A program made the translations under genes and the position numbers. Positions 31,525 to 44,141 of a stretch of 64,000 bases of DNA are shown here, piece by piece; position 1 is the stretch's first letter, and every line of letters begins with the position of its first letter. The notes under the pieces were generated by a model. It worked only from the letters and a program-made list of their open reading frames with translations. It made no database searches and was not told the DNA's origin. Location: assembly GCF_009914755.1 (NCBI RefSeq), contig NC_060935.1; one strand, given 5' to 3'. Source of the stretch: the human T2T-CHM13v2.0 reference genome, Homo sapiens.

Positions 31525-32035
31525 TTCATGATCTATTGCTAAGTATATATTATCCCAACATTAAGTAGTTTAAAACAACAGACAGGTCTTATTTCCCACA
31601 GTATCTTTGGATGAGGAACTTGGGTGTGGTTCTGACTCATGCTTTCTCAGAGGTTCAGGCCAGATGTCAGATGGGGCTGCAGTTATCTGGAAGGCTTGCC
31701 TGCAGCTGGAGGGTCTTGTGTGAAGGTGGCACATTCAGAGATGGCAGGTCTCTGATGGGTATCGGTGGGAGGCCTGGAGTCTTCTCCGTAGGGCTGCCTT
31801 AGTCTTTGTGACAAGGCATGGTAACTTGCATCCCCCAGAGTAAATGATCTGAAAGAGAGGAAGAAAGAAACTTCAATGCCTTTTATGTTCTAGTCTCCAA
31901 AGTCACACACTATAACTTCTTCACATTCTGTTCATTAGAAGCAAGCCACTAAGTCCGTCCCATAATCAAGGGTAGAAAGGAGGAAATTGGGCTTTCCTTT
32001 TAGAAAACAGAAGTTTTCTAAAACCATCTTTCAAG
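31525..32035 (-). mobile_element. Old MLT1 (H/I/J-class) MaLR LTR
   Basis: TCTATTGCT...AGTAGTTTAAAACAAC...GGGGCTGCAGTTATCTGGAAGGCTTG...CACATTCTGTTCATTAGAAGCAAG. Confidence 0.6.
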
Positions 32036-32110
32036 AGATTAGAGTGCTTATATAACCATGTCCAAAACCTTTCCTGCCGGGAGGCGAGCCAATAGCTTTC
32101 TTTTATTTTT

Positions 32111-32821
32111 ATTTTTTATTTTTTGCACTTTTATTTATTTATTTATTTATTTTTAAAAAATTTTTTTTTTTATTATACTCTAAGTTTTAGGGTACATGTG
32201 CACATTGTGCAGGTTAGTTACATATGTATACATGTGCCATGCTGGTGCGCTGCACCCACTAACGTGTCATCTAGCGTTAGGTATATCTCCCAATGCTATC
32301 CCTCCCCCCTCCCCCGACCCCACCAGAGTCCCCAGAGTGTGATATTCCCCTTCCTGTGTCCATGTGATCTCATTGTTCAATTCCCACCTATGAGTGAGAA
32401 TATGCGGTGTTTGGTTTTTTGTTCTGGTGCTGGAGAGGATGTGGAGAAATAGGAACATTTTTACACTGTTGGTGGGACTGTAAACTAGTTCAACCATTGT
32501 GGAAGTCAGTGTGGCGATTCCTCAGGGATCTAGAACTAGAAATACCATTTGACCCAGCCATCCCATTACTGGGTATATACCCAAAGGACTATAAATCATG
32601 CTGCTATAAAGACACATGCACACGTATGTTTATTGCGGCACTATTCACAATAGCAAAGACTTGGAACCAACCCAAATGTCCAACAATGATAGACTGGATT
32701 AAGAAAATGTGGCACATATACACCATGGAATACTATGCAGCCATAAAAAATGATGAGTTCATGTCCTTTGTAGGGACATGGATGAAATTGGAAACCATCA
32801 TTCTCAGTAAACTATCGCAAG
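32111..32821 (-). mobile_element. L1Hs pre-Ta, 5'-truncated and 5'-inverted (minus 32111-32425; inverted plus 32426-32821)
   Basis: 3'UTR reads GATGAC-ACG-TTAGT (pre-Ta) and CTTAGAGTATAAT (L1Hs G). A perfect 17-bp TSD AGCTTTCTTTTATTTTT lies at 32094-32110 and 32822-32838. Confidence 0.95.
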
Positions 32822-33087
32822 AGCTTTCTTTTATTTTTAAAGCCAATTTGAGTTTTTTGTTTCTTTTGCTACTTGTAGTGGAAAGCATTCTAATTGCTAC
32901 AGACAGGTATAAGTTGAAGTAGCTGATCTGAGAGAGGGAAAAAGTCCCTAAAGCTGGGAAGGTGATGGTTTCTTGGAAAATGATAAGCTCTGAAAGAGGA
33001 AAGAGGAAATGGCAACTCCTAGGGAGACTAGACCTTCTATAGTGGGGCCCCCAGCCTCCCCAAAGATCTGTGGCCCAACCCCAGCAC

Positions 33088-33850
33088 TGTATTAACCAAA
33101 GCTTTTATTATTTATATTCTGATGCTCTGACATCTGGGGCTTTGCTGACTCTGGAGGGACCATACCTCCCATGCTTAGTCAATTTCTAGAGATACTAAAC
33201 ATCTCATTCACAAGAGAGCTTTTCAAATACAAGCCAACCAGTCCAGAGCCCAGACCCCAACACTTTGAGTCTTATAACTCAAAAAAATTATACAGATATT
33301 TTTATAAGTTTTAATCATGATTTCACTTCATTGGTTATTTCTATTTTACCTTTCTGCCAACCTACTGATTTCTCTAAAACCTTAATTTATACCATGTCTA
33401 TCTAGTAGGTTTATCTAGTAGATAAGAGGCTTTCATTTATTTCATTTATTATTTCATTTATTTCATTCAGCACTTCCTTTGTTGGGCTTCACACTCTGGG
33501 CCACTCTCCCTCCTCTTGCCCTAATCACTCCAGGGCAGGTGCCAAACAACTAGGGACAGCCCTTATGCCCCAGAGCCCACGTTATTCGAATTAGCCAATC
33601 CTAAGTCTGCTTATCCTGCTTTACCCATTCCTCCCTGCAGAAATAACAGTAGAGGCTCTTGCCCAGAATTTCCCTTCTCCCTCTGTCTCCCCACCATCCT
33701 CAGTGCATCCCAGGTGACCCTGTGGCATGGTGTGCTCCCTCCTCTTAGAAACAGTATGTCATAAACTGTATTTTCTATGGTAATCATCTCCTCATCTGTT
33801 GGCCTTCTTATACCTCAAATTTTCTATTAATAAAATAGATTTTAAGTCAG
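33088..33850 (+). mobile_element. MER39/MER39B-like ERV1 solo LTR with a ~205-bp foreign insert
   Basis: TGACATCTGGGGCTTTGCTGAC...CCAGAGCCCAGACCCCAA | CACTTCCTTTGTTGGGCTTCACACTCTGGGCCAC...CAACTAGGGACAGCCC. Confidence 0.8.
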
Positions 33851-34520
33851 GCACACAATCCATGGAACTTCCCACTTTCAAGGGACCATGCATATAACCA
33901 CAAGTGGCATATCAGCTGTGACCAGTATTGTTCCTTCCAGAATGTTCTGAACTATATAAGACCCTAGAGTAAGGGAAAGAGGGGCTGGCTTGTGGAGAAA
34001 GAGTCAGACTTAGTATAAATTTAAGAAATAAAATAACATGATGCTTCTTTTTCTGAGTGTGGTGATTACAAACTACTACCATCTACATGTAAGTTTTGGT
34101 TTTTGAGGAATCTGTGATAATCCAAATAAGTAGTTATTCCTATTCATTTGCTGCTTTAAATTTTTGAAGTAACTTGCAAAGATTTATTTTTAATCATCTC
34201 TAGCCCTTACCATCTCCCCCTTTGATCTCATGACACATTTAAACACTGGGATGTGTGAAAGCATTTGCTGACAATTTATTTTACACAGATGGTACATGCC
34301 TCACCTCATCTACAAAATTTGCCAAGCATGTTGAGTCTTACTACTTAAAAAAAAATCACACAACTATTTTTGTAAATTTAATCATGAATTCACTTAACTG
34401 GTTATTCCAGTTTCACCCTTCTGGCAACCTACTGGTTTCTCTAAAATCTGAATTTACACCATGTCTATCTAATAGGTGAAAAGTTTTCATTTACTTATTT
34501 GGATTTATTTCTTTCTTTGT

Positions 34521-35590
34521 TATCGGGGAACCTGCCCCGATATTCACGTAGGTTCTTTTCTATTTTCCTTAAGCATTGGCCAGCTTGAGAAATAAAGGGA
34601 CAGAGTACAAAAGAGATAAATTTTAAAGCTGGGCATCTGGGGGAGACATCACATGTCCGTAGGTTCCGTGATGTCCCACAAGCCACAAAAACCAGCAAGT
34701 TTTTATTAGGGATTTTCAAAAGGGGAGGGAGTGTGCAAATAGGTGTGGGTCACAGATATCAAGTACCTTGCAAGGTAATAGAATATCACAAGGCAAGTGG
34801 AGGCAGGGCGAGATCACAGGACCACAGGACCGAGGCGAAATTAAAATTGCTAATGAAGTTTCGGGCACCATTGTCATTGATAACATCTTATCAGGAGACA
34901 GGGTTTTGAGAGCAACCAGTCTGACCAAAATTATTAGGTGGGAATTTCCTCTTCCTAATAAGCCTGGGAGTGCTATAGGAGACTGGGGTCCATTTCACCC
35001 CTGCAGTCTCGACCATAAAAGACAGGCACACCTCGGGGGGCTGTTCATAGGTCTATACCTCCAGGTGCATATTCTCTTTTTTAGGGATGTTCCTTGCTGA
35101 GAAAAAGAATTCAGCAATATTTCTCCCATTTGCTTTTGAGAGAAGAGAAATATGGCTCTGTTCCATCCGGCTCACCAGCGGTCAGAGTTTAAGGTTCTCT
35201 CTCTTATTCCCTGAACAATTGCTGTTATCCTGTTCTGTTTTCAAGGTGCCCAGATTTCATATTGCTCAAACACACATGCTGTACAATTTGTGCAGTTAAC
35301 ACAATTATCACATGGTCCTGAGGCGACATACATCCTCCTCGGCTGACAGGATTAAGAGATTAAAGTAAAGACAGGCATAGGAAATCACAAGGGTATTGAT
35401 TGGGGAAGTGATAAGTGTCCATGAAATCTTTACAATTTATGTTTAGAGATTGCAGTAAAGACAGGCATAAGAAATTATACAAGTATTAACTTGGGGAACT
35501 AATAAATGTCCATGAAATCTTCACAATCCACGTTCTTCTGCCATGGCTTCAGCCGGTCCCTCTGTTTGGGATCCCTGACTTCCCACAACA
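34521..35590 (-). mobile_element. MER11C-like solo LTR (HERV-K11/HML-8)
   Basis: TATCGGGGAACCTGCCCC...CCCTGACTTCCCACAACA, 1070 bp; 6-bp TSD CTTTGT at 34515-34520 and 35591-35596. Confidence 0.93.
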
Positions 35591-36206
35591 CTTTGTGGGT
35601 AGGAAGGTGATCCTCCTTTATAGAAGCATCTTTCAGTAACCTTTGGTTAAGACTGACATTCCCAGAAAAGCTCTCTCCTTTGCAGATATTCTTAGACCTT
35701 CCTTGTAATGTTTTTCCCAGCACCCTTTGCTATCTGGGTCTCTATCTTCAAGCTGCCCCATCATCATCCTCAATAAATGATTACACATCTTTCATCTCAG
35801 ATGAGATAAAAGCTGATTTATATGAGGCAGTTCCCACATTCGCCCTCAGGTTCCAAATTCTCTTTATCTCTGTGTTAAATTCTTTCATTTTCCCTTAGAT
35901 TTCAGAGGAAGAGGTTGTAGGAAGTCATTCTTCTTTTAAGCTAAGCTGTTCCTTTTGTCCCCTTGTGGGAAAAGGATTCCTATATTCATCACCATGCATG
36001 CATTCATCCATCTTGCCAGTCATTCCCCCAACAATTAATTAGTGAGCACCTCCTATTTTGGGGAATCAGAGATGTTTAAGACACTGCCCTTGCTTTTAAG
36101 AATGTTGGAATAAGGCTGACTAACAAGCAAACCAACAATTGTAAAAGTATGTACAAAAGCACCTAAATAGCACAGAGGAGGTGATGACTTACTGTGGCAT
36201 AGGGTG

Positions 36207-36730
36207 GTGCTTCAGTTGTCTGTTCCTATGTAACAAGCCACCCCAAAACTTCATGGCTTAAGACAACAATAATTCATGATTTTTTAGGATTCTGTAACCT
36301 GAGCTTGACTTAGCTGGGAGACTCTCCTACTTTGTGTGTTGCCTGCTGAAGCAGAAAATCCAAGATAGCTTCTTTAGTTGCACAGCTGTTGATTTTTCTA
36401 TTGATTTCACTGGAAGAGCTGGACAGTGGCCAGGCAGCTCTCACCCTCCATGTGGTATCTCCACCTGGCTTACTTGGCTTTCCTCATAGTACAGCTGTCT
36501 TGGGGTTGTCAGACTTCTTTTGGCAGGTGGCTTCTAAGAGCTGCTAGTTCTCCTAAGGCCTGGGCTTGGAAATCTCAGAGTATCACTTTAACCACATCCT
36601 ATTGTCAAAGCAGGTCATAAGTCCACACTAGATTCAGGAGAGGAGACATAGATTTCACTTCTTGATGAGTGGAGTGTCATGGGTGTATGTGGAGGTAATT
36701 CATGGCAGACATCTTTGGAGAGTACCACAG
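36207..36730 (-). mobile_element. Old MLT1 (F-J class) MaLR LTR
   Basis: GTAACAAGCCACCCCAAAACTTCATGGCTTAAGACAAC...CCACATCCTATTGTCAAAGCAGGTCA. Confidence 0.6.
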
Positions 36731-36807
36731 GAAGAAAAGTTAGGGAAAACCTCATAGAGAAGTGACTGAATTGGCCAAGGAAAAAACTGTCCAAGCATGA
36801 ACTCACC

Positions 36808-37151
36808 ATAATGTACTGAATGTTTATTTTCCCCCAACATTCTTATATTGAAATCCTAAACTGCACTGTGATGGTATTAGGACATGTGGCCTTTGGGAAG
36901 TAATTGGGTTGTGAGGGTACAGGCTTTATGCCTGGGATTAGTACCCCTATGAAAGGAACCCCAGAAAGTTATCTCACCCCTTTCCCACATGTGAAGACAT
37001 GGAAGAAGTTAGCAGTCAGCAACCCAGAAGAACCTCACCAGAACCTCACCATGCTGGCCTCTCCATTCCCCAGAACTGTGAGAAATAAGTTGCTGCTGTT
37101 TATAAGCCACCTAGTCTATGGCACTTTGTTATAGCAGCCCACACTAAAACA
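36808..37151 (+). mobile_element. MLT1A-type MaLR LTR
   Basis: ATTGAAATCCTAA...GGCCTTTGGGAAGTAATT...CAGAACTGTGAGAAATAA...TTGTTATAGCAGCCC. Confidence 0.8.
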
Positions 37152-37917
37152 CTCACTTAATCTTTTGGTTATGAATAAGGACTTTCCTTCCCCACCAAGT
37201 TTTACCACTCCTCACCCCCGCTGCCCAGAGAACCAAGAATGGCTCACTTCTGGCATAAAGATAGGACGTGGAGAGTAGCTATTTGAGATGTGATCAGGAG
37301 TCTATTGTCCATACTATGCCCTCTTTTGGTGAGCCTGATCCACAATTGGCCTCTCCACATTCCCGGAATTTATTTGTTTCCCTGTGTGACACACCCCAGT
37401 CAATGACAAACATTTCAATAACCTGGAGAAGAGGCCTTGTTTTCCTATCCTGCCAGATCCCTGCACTTTTCCAGAGCACTTATGCTCTGCCTGAGTGATC
37501 CTCCACCTGGGAGCTGCCTGCCCTCATTATCACCATCTGAATCAATCCCTTCTAAGTCAGCGAAGTATCTGGGAACGCATTGTTGTTCCAGAATCCAGAT
37601 GCCACCTTATCTAGTCTAAAGACAAATGGAATAGCACAGTTAGTTGCCCTTCATGAAACAGAGGTTAACTCAGAAATTAACAGCATAGGCTATGAACCCC
37701 ACAGGACACCTTCCTCTTAGGGGTCTCAGCTGGGCAGGACATTGCCGTTGTTCTTGGAATAGGCTGTTCAGAGAAGAGACAGGACCAAGTAGACTCTTTA
37801 TATCTAGGGAGTCCAAATGCTTTGTTTTTTCCCCCCCCCCAAATATATTTTGAGAACTAAAACTTTCTGAACATTTTTTTATATCAAGGCAAGGAGAAAA
37901 AAGAAAAAAAAATCACA

Positions 37918-38392
37918 ATTTTTAAACTTTTATTTTAGATTCAGGGGTACACATGCAGGTTTGTTATATAGGTAAACTTGTGTCATGGGGGTTTGTTGTA
38001 CACATTATTTTATCACCCCAGTACTAAGCCTAGTACCCAATAGTTATTATTTATTTATTTTTTTGCTCTTCTGCCTCCTCCCATCCTCTACCCTCATGTA
38101 GGCCCAAGTGTCTATTGTTCACTTCTTTGTGTTCATGAGTTCTCATCATTTAGCACCCAATTATAAGTGAGAACATGCAGTATTTGGTTTTCTGTTCCTG
38201 TGTTAGTTTGTTAAGGATAACAGCCTCCAGCTCCAACTATGTTCCTGCAAAGGACATTATCTCATTCTTTTTTCATGGCTGCATAGTATTCTATGGTATA
38301 GATGTATTACATTTTCTTTAACCAGTCTACCATTGATAGGCATTTAGGCTGATTCCATGTCTTTGCTATTGTGAATAGTGTGGCCATGAACA
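37918..38392 (-). mobile_element. L1PA13-16-type 3' fragment
   Basis: TTTTAGATTCAGGGGTACACATGCAGG...GATTCCATGTCTTTGCTATTGTGAATAGTG. Confidence 0.85.
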
Positions 38393-40804
38393 AGGAATCA
38401 CCACAAATTAAGAGGTCAGAATTCCTATCACATCCATTTTACAAAGCACAGGGAGATGAAGACACTGGCTTATGTTACACAGCCAACAATAACAGAGATC
38501 TGAATGCAGGACTCCTTGCCCTAGGTAGCTCCCCTTCCCTGGTTAGATCCTGCCAGTCGGGTAACATGCCAGGAGCTCTGGGCCTTTCCACTGCTCTGCC
38601 CCAGGATGCTTTCTCAGGCCTGGCCAGCCTCTACCCTCTCCTTTTCCTTCTCCTGACACAAACCCAGTGACTTACCCACTTTTCTTTCCTATGAAGATTC
38701 CATCACCCCCTCTAGCTCTGGTCTTCTCCCCACTAGTCTTGGATGCATTATGGGTCACAGTTTTCCCAATTCCCTTCTTCCCCTCTGCTCTCAAACAAGA
38801 ACTCACACGTTTTGTGTTTTAAGGATTTCACTGCAGGTGTCTCTAGGGACCAGGGGGAGGGTGAGAGGACAGAAGCAAAAGCCCTGCAGGTCTTTATCAT
38901 TCTGGTCTTGGGTCTAGAGTCTCTGACCACCTCATACGTAGCTGAGGAAAGCCCTGGTAACCATCAAACATCCATTTTTATTTCAGAAGGTGGAGCTACT
39001 ACACCTGCCCTCTGTCCCCACTGTCCCCAGCTTAGGGATGAACATGAGGATGCTTCTCTTCCTGAGAAAGTCTGCTCCCTGCCCAAAGACTCCAGCTGAG
39101 CGAAGCTCTTGTAATTTCTGGCCTCACCTGGGCAGTTTGCCTCTATGGAGTCTTCCAGATTGGGAGTCACTAAATTTCCTGGCTTCTGCCATTCCCACCT
39201 TGTCCTCTGGAGGCACTGTCTCATGACTTGGCCCCAGTCCTTTCAGACCACCAGGACCCTGGCTAAGGGAATGGGCAGCTGCCCCCGGCTGATTAGGTTG
39301 CTGGCCTCAGAAGGCATAACAGGATACTGCAACTTGAAGTAGGTCCCATCAGCTGGAGCACTTACCAACAGACAAACATCTCCTCGAGATTTAAAGCATT
39401 CAATTTCTGACTGCTTAAGAAAAATTCCATAAGGGAATTTGAGTTATGAATCAAGAGGGAGACTGCTGTGGATTTATTTTTCCTTTTTCTTTCTATTTTT
39501 TTTTCCCCCAGAGGAGAGCTGATACAATTAGGTTAAAATGGAATAGGTCATTGTCTCACCAGGTGATTCTTAGGGGAAAGCAGAGATGGTGTAGCTTGAA
39601 AATCATTCGGCATCAGCCACAGCCATAGAGTAGGAGGGAGAGTCAGCATTCTCAGCAGGCTATGAAAGCCAGTTATTCATTACCACCAAGACTTGACAGT
39701 ACACTGAACACCCAACATTATATTTATGCTACATAAAATAAAGTGATACAATTTTTATGACCCAATTTAAACCAGCAGAGGGTATCGGTTTAATAAAGAC
39801 AAGGACGATAGAATTATCTATAGATCTACATAACAAAAAGCTAATAAAAAGAGAACTGCACTAATTTGTCAGGAAATAGATTGTATTGTAATAAAATTTG
39901 CAAAATGGAGAAAAAGTGCCTCACTCTGAATTTGTGTGAGTTAAGTTGACAGGTGCTGAGACCTGCAAAAGGAAAAAAGCAAGAACCACACAGCAGTTTT
40001 TTTCTGAATTCCCAGGCCAAGGACAAGTTTCCTTCCTTTATTTATCCTTCTGACAACAAAACAGACAATCTGCTGTGAAAAACTTAAACATTTTAACAAC
40101 TATGCAACAAACAAGCAAAGTTTCCTCAGGTTGTATAAGATTTTTCAAAGTGGAATTTCACTCCATGTTGATACTTTGCTTTACCTTCTAGATATCCATG
40201 GCAACTGGTTGGAAATGCCTAATATAAATATAGAAATATCGACTCTAGCTGCTCCCTGGACTGGTGAGAGCAGTGGGCTCAGAGCTGAGTGTGACTTCAC
40301 TGAGAAAGGAAAATGTGCATGATATATGGTGGATTTCAATTTTGTGCCACCCACCATGTGTTCATGGAGCTTCTCCTAATGGTCCACCTCCACCTCAGAA
40401 CTGGGTTTGGGGGGACAAGAAAAGTCTGATCTTGTCTCTGTCCTCCACAAGCTCACAGTCCTTAGGGGATGCAAATTACTTTGATGTGTTGGCATTTCTT
40501 TTAAGGGTTTGGGGTTGAAGGTAAATCCTAACCAGCTTTGTTCATTCTGCCTATAGAATTTTCTCACCCATGCTCCTAGTACCAAGGTCATGGTGGTGTC
40601 AGCCCCTTAAATCTTTTTCCTCTGTTCATCAGTCAACTCCCTTGAACTACTCATCTTCCCTTCCAGCTGGAGCCCAGCCCTGGCTCAATCTAACCACTGG
40701 CTTCCATTACCGCTCCTCGGGGTACAGAGATGGACCTGGGGACATCAAGTATCTAATCCTTGTCAGACTATTGTCAAACCCTGGGCTGTTTAGTCTCTAG
40801 AGTG

Positions 40805-40951
40805 GTGTGCTAGTTAATTTTATGTGTCATTTTGGCTAGGCCATAGTACCCAGATATTTGGCAAGCCTCCATGACTTCATGAGCCAATTCCTTAAAAATA
40901 ATCTTTCTCTCTCTCTTTCGTTTGATTTCTCTGAAAAACCTGTCTAAGAAA
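40805..40951 (+). mobile_element. Internally deleted MLT2 LTR
   Basis: GTTAATTTTATGTGTCA start is joined to the TGAGCCAATTCCTTAAAATAA...TTTCTCTGAAAAACC end. Confidence 0.6.
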
Positions 40952-41489
40952 AGTGGCATTCAATCTCTGCTCCTCAGAACTCCAGGGCTTCTCTGAGGAG
41001 CTTCGGGGAGTCCTGCAGGGAGGGAGGAGAAAGAAGGAGACAGGAGGCTGAGCAGGCTGGGTCAGGCCTTCTCCCTGCTACAAAGTAGCTCCACTTCCAT
41101 TTGTTTTATATATTAATGCTACATAAACACTATCAAATCCATCTAAGTCTCAGGAAGGATGGAGGCTGAGAAGTGATCATTCGATTTGACCACTGGGGAA
41201 TCTCTAGTGGCCTTTGCTTGGTTTCAGAAAAAGGCTGGGGGCAGAACCAGCTTAAATGTGGTGAGGGAGGTGAGGAAGTGAAGGTAGTTAATATGAACTT
41301 ATTTTTTTCTAGAATGGAGGTAAGGAAGTAGCTTGGGGGGTGGGGAGGGAATACAGTTTAGAAAGCGTTTCCTTTGAGAATTCATAAGTTTGAGGGAAGA
41401 GAGGAAGCTGCCCACAAGTTGAGAAGGAGTCATTGAAAGTACATGTGGGAAGGGCAGTTGGTGACACAGCATCCCTGGGAAGTGGACAG

Positions 41490-41960
41490 GGAGGGAACCA
41501 AGAGCCCTACCTGGCTGTGTGAACTCAGACAAGTTACTTGTCCTCTGGAACCTCCATGCCTTCATTTGTAAACTGGCGATCACAGTGCCCATCTCATTGG
41601 CTTGTAAGGATTAAATGAAATGCAGTGTGTAAAAGCAGATAACGTAGGGCCTGGTGTACAAAGGGGCAGTCACGCTTTCCTTCTCTCTCAGCTTTCTGAT
41701 ACCACTGTGCACTTTCTCCTGGCTTCCACCTCTCTGTTTGCACCTGTGATTGGAATCAGGAAGATAAGGGTTTAAGCCAGCGCTGTCCCACATAATGACT
41801 ATTTGACTGTAGGCAGGTTATCCAATCTACCCAATCCTCAGTATTGATATGTGAAGAATGGGATTATATTTCTACTTTAGGGTTCTTTGTAAAGGTTAAA
41901 TGAGATAGTATATATAAGGCACCCACTGAACTGCCTAACTTACAGAAGATGCAGTCAAGG
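41490..41960 (+). mobile_element. Two MIR SINE remnants (~41490-41665 and ~41775-41960)
   Basis: MIR core motifs CAAGTTACTT...CTTCATTTGTAAA...GTAAGGATTAAATGA and AAGGTTAAATGAGATA. Confidence 0.65.
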
Positions 41961-43301
41961 AAAAAATAGTTTAAGTGACTCAACAGAGGTCAAATGCTTT
42001 ATGAGCCTGATGTGAGTCAGGCAGCACCTGAATCAAAGCACAATTGTAGTTTTATGGGGTGAAGAGAAGAGAGGGGTACGTGTCCTTGTGGTTTGGCTCA
42101 GGTAGCTGTTTCTTCACTAACTGCAGTAAACTTGAGCTTGGAACTGTGCCTCTTGTTCAGGATCATTCGTGCAACCCCAGAACAGTTCTTTCAAGAGCCT
42201 TTTTCTTTCTTTTTAACTTTGCAGCTTTTCTGCTAGTAAAGTTACAGAGAAAGAGAAGGCAACAAAAAGAAAAAAGGGAGAGAAGGGGGAAAAGGAGAGA
42301 GGAGACAAGGGTTAATGAAAAATACCTGGGGGCCTCAATCATGTCAGTTTTAATTATCTTACAACATTGAGTAAATGTGCTGAATGAATTAACAAATGCA
42401 TATCTGGCCTAGGAGCTACCTTAGTACACTGAACTGAGATGCAGAGTTATTCAAATAACTCTGGGTAAAAGCCCATGCTTATTTTTTAAAACAAGACACT
42501 AAAAATATATATAACCCGGGTTTCCCCAATCTCTCTACCCTATAGTTACCCTTTCTTTAAATTCCCAACCGAGATGATTTAAGATTCCCTCCTTGCTGAT
42601 TGCAGAAATTCTGGCCTATCATGGGGGTTTTCTTCAGAAACATTTTTGCGATTTCCCCAAGATGATTTTTGTTAGCCACAAATGGGTCCTGACTATTGTG
42701 CCATCTTACTCCAAAAGGCTGCCTTCTGACCTCTGGGTCATCATTTGCTACCTTCTAACTTTTCTCCAGGTTCTCTCTCTTCTCCTTGGGACAGGTCCTT
42801 TCCTAAGATCAAGTTATCAATTTCAACAAAACTTAATGAAAGGTTTAGGGGTAATAGCTTCAACATATAGGAAGTCCATCTTAAATGAGGACCTGGGCAT
42901 CTCAACCTCTAGCACCATAAGACCTGGCTCCTGCAGAGGCCAGCCCCTCACCCTTGGCTTCCTGTTGCTGCCCGTTGCAGGCCCTTCTGGCTACCTTCCC
43001 ACATAAACAAGAATTCCCACAGGCATCCCCTCTGTCCAAATTCAGGCCTCCAACATCCTTTGAGGCCCACCAGGAGAGGGAGTGGGAAAGCCTTTACCTG
43101 CCTCACCTACATTTCCTCCCTGTCCTCATCACCACCCCCACTCCTCACTGGGACAGCTATTGCCCAGATAAACAATAGCTTGCCTCCTCCATGTGTCCAC
43201 ATTCAAACACAGCAGAAGAGGCTTTATCTTTTCCGAACCAAACTGCTGCCTTGAAATGTTTCCCTCTCCCAAAGAAAAAATTAGTCTTGCTTCAAAGATG
43301 A

Positions 43302-43772
43302 TGTATTAGTTTCCTACGGTTCTGTAACAAATGGTCACAAACTTGGTGACAAACTTGGATAACAAAAGCTTATCACTTAACAATTCTAGAGGTCACAAGT
43401 CTTAAATGCACTTCACTGGAGTAAAATTAAGTTGTTCCTTTTGGAGGCTTGAAGAGGGAAATTGTTTCCTTGCCTTTTGCAGCTTCTAAAGGCCTCCTGC
43501 GTTCCTTAGTCTCCTTGTGTCTTCAAAACCAGCAGCGGCCAGTTGAGGCTCTCTCACTTCTGAGTCTGACTTTCCTGCCTCTCTCTTTCCCTCATAAAGA
43601 CTCTTGTGATGATATTGGATCCACCTGGAAAATTCAGGCTGCTCTCCCCATCTCAAGATTTTGAGAATGTCTGCAAAGTTGCTTTTGCTATGTAAGGTAG
43701 CATATTCACAGATTTGGGGAATTAGGACTTGGACCTCCTGTATTTGTGGGGGAAATTATTCTGCCTACCACA
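43302..43772 (-). mobile_element. MLT1D-type MaLR solo LTR
   Basis: TGTATTAGTTTCCTA...ATTCTGCCTACCACA; TSD GATGA at 43297-43301 and 43773-43777. Confidence 0.88.
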
Positions 43773-43847
43773 GATGAGTTCTCTTTTACTACTTGAGAAA
43801 TAGGAAAAACATTTTAAACTTTAAAATAACTTTAAAAGAGTGGTTTG

Positions 43848-44141
43848 GGCTGGACACAGTGGCACACGCCTGTAATCCTAGCAGTCTGGGAGTCTGAGGT
43901 GGGCAGATCACCTGAGGTCAGGAGTTTGAGACCAGCCTGGCCAACATGGCAAAACCTGATCTCTACTAAAACGTACAAAAATTAGCTGGGTGCGGTGGCA
44001 GGCACCTATAATCCCAGCTACTCGGGAGGGTGAGGCAGGGAGAATTGCTTGAACCCAGGAGGTGGAGGTTGCAGTGAGCCAAGATCATGCCACTGCACTC
44101 CAGCCTGGGTGATAGAGTGAGACTCAGTCTCAAAAGAAAAA
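43848..44141 (+). mobile_element. AluSx/Sq-like
   Basis: Dimeric Alu; TSD AAAAGAGTGGTTTG at 43834-43847 and 44142-44155. Confidence 0.93.

Noticed and set aside
32407-32922. 171-aa ORF containing the L1 ORF2p Cys-rich C-terminus with novel ends
   Set aside because: By-product of the twin-priming inversion: non-ATG start in the antisense 3'UTR, read-through into flank, and no promoter evidence.
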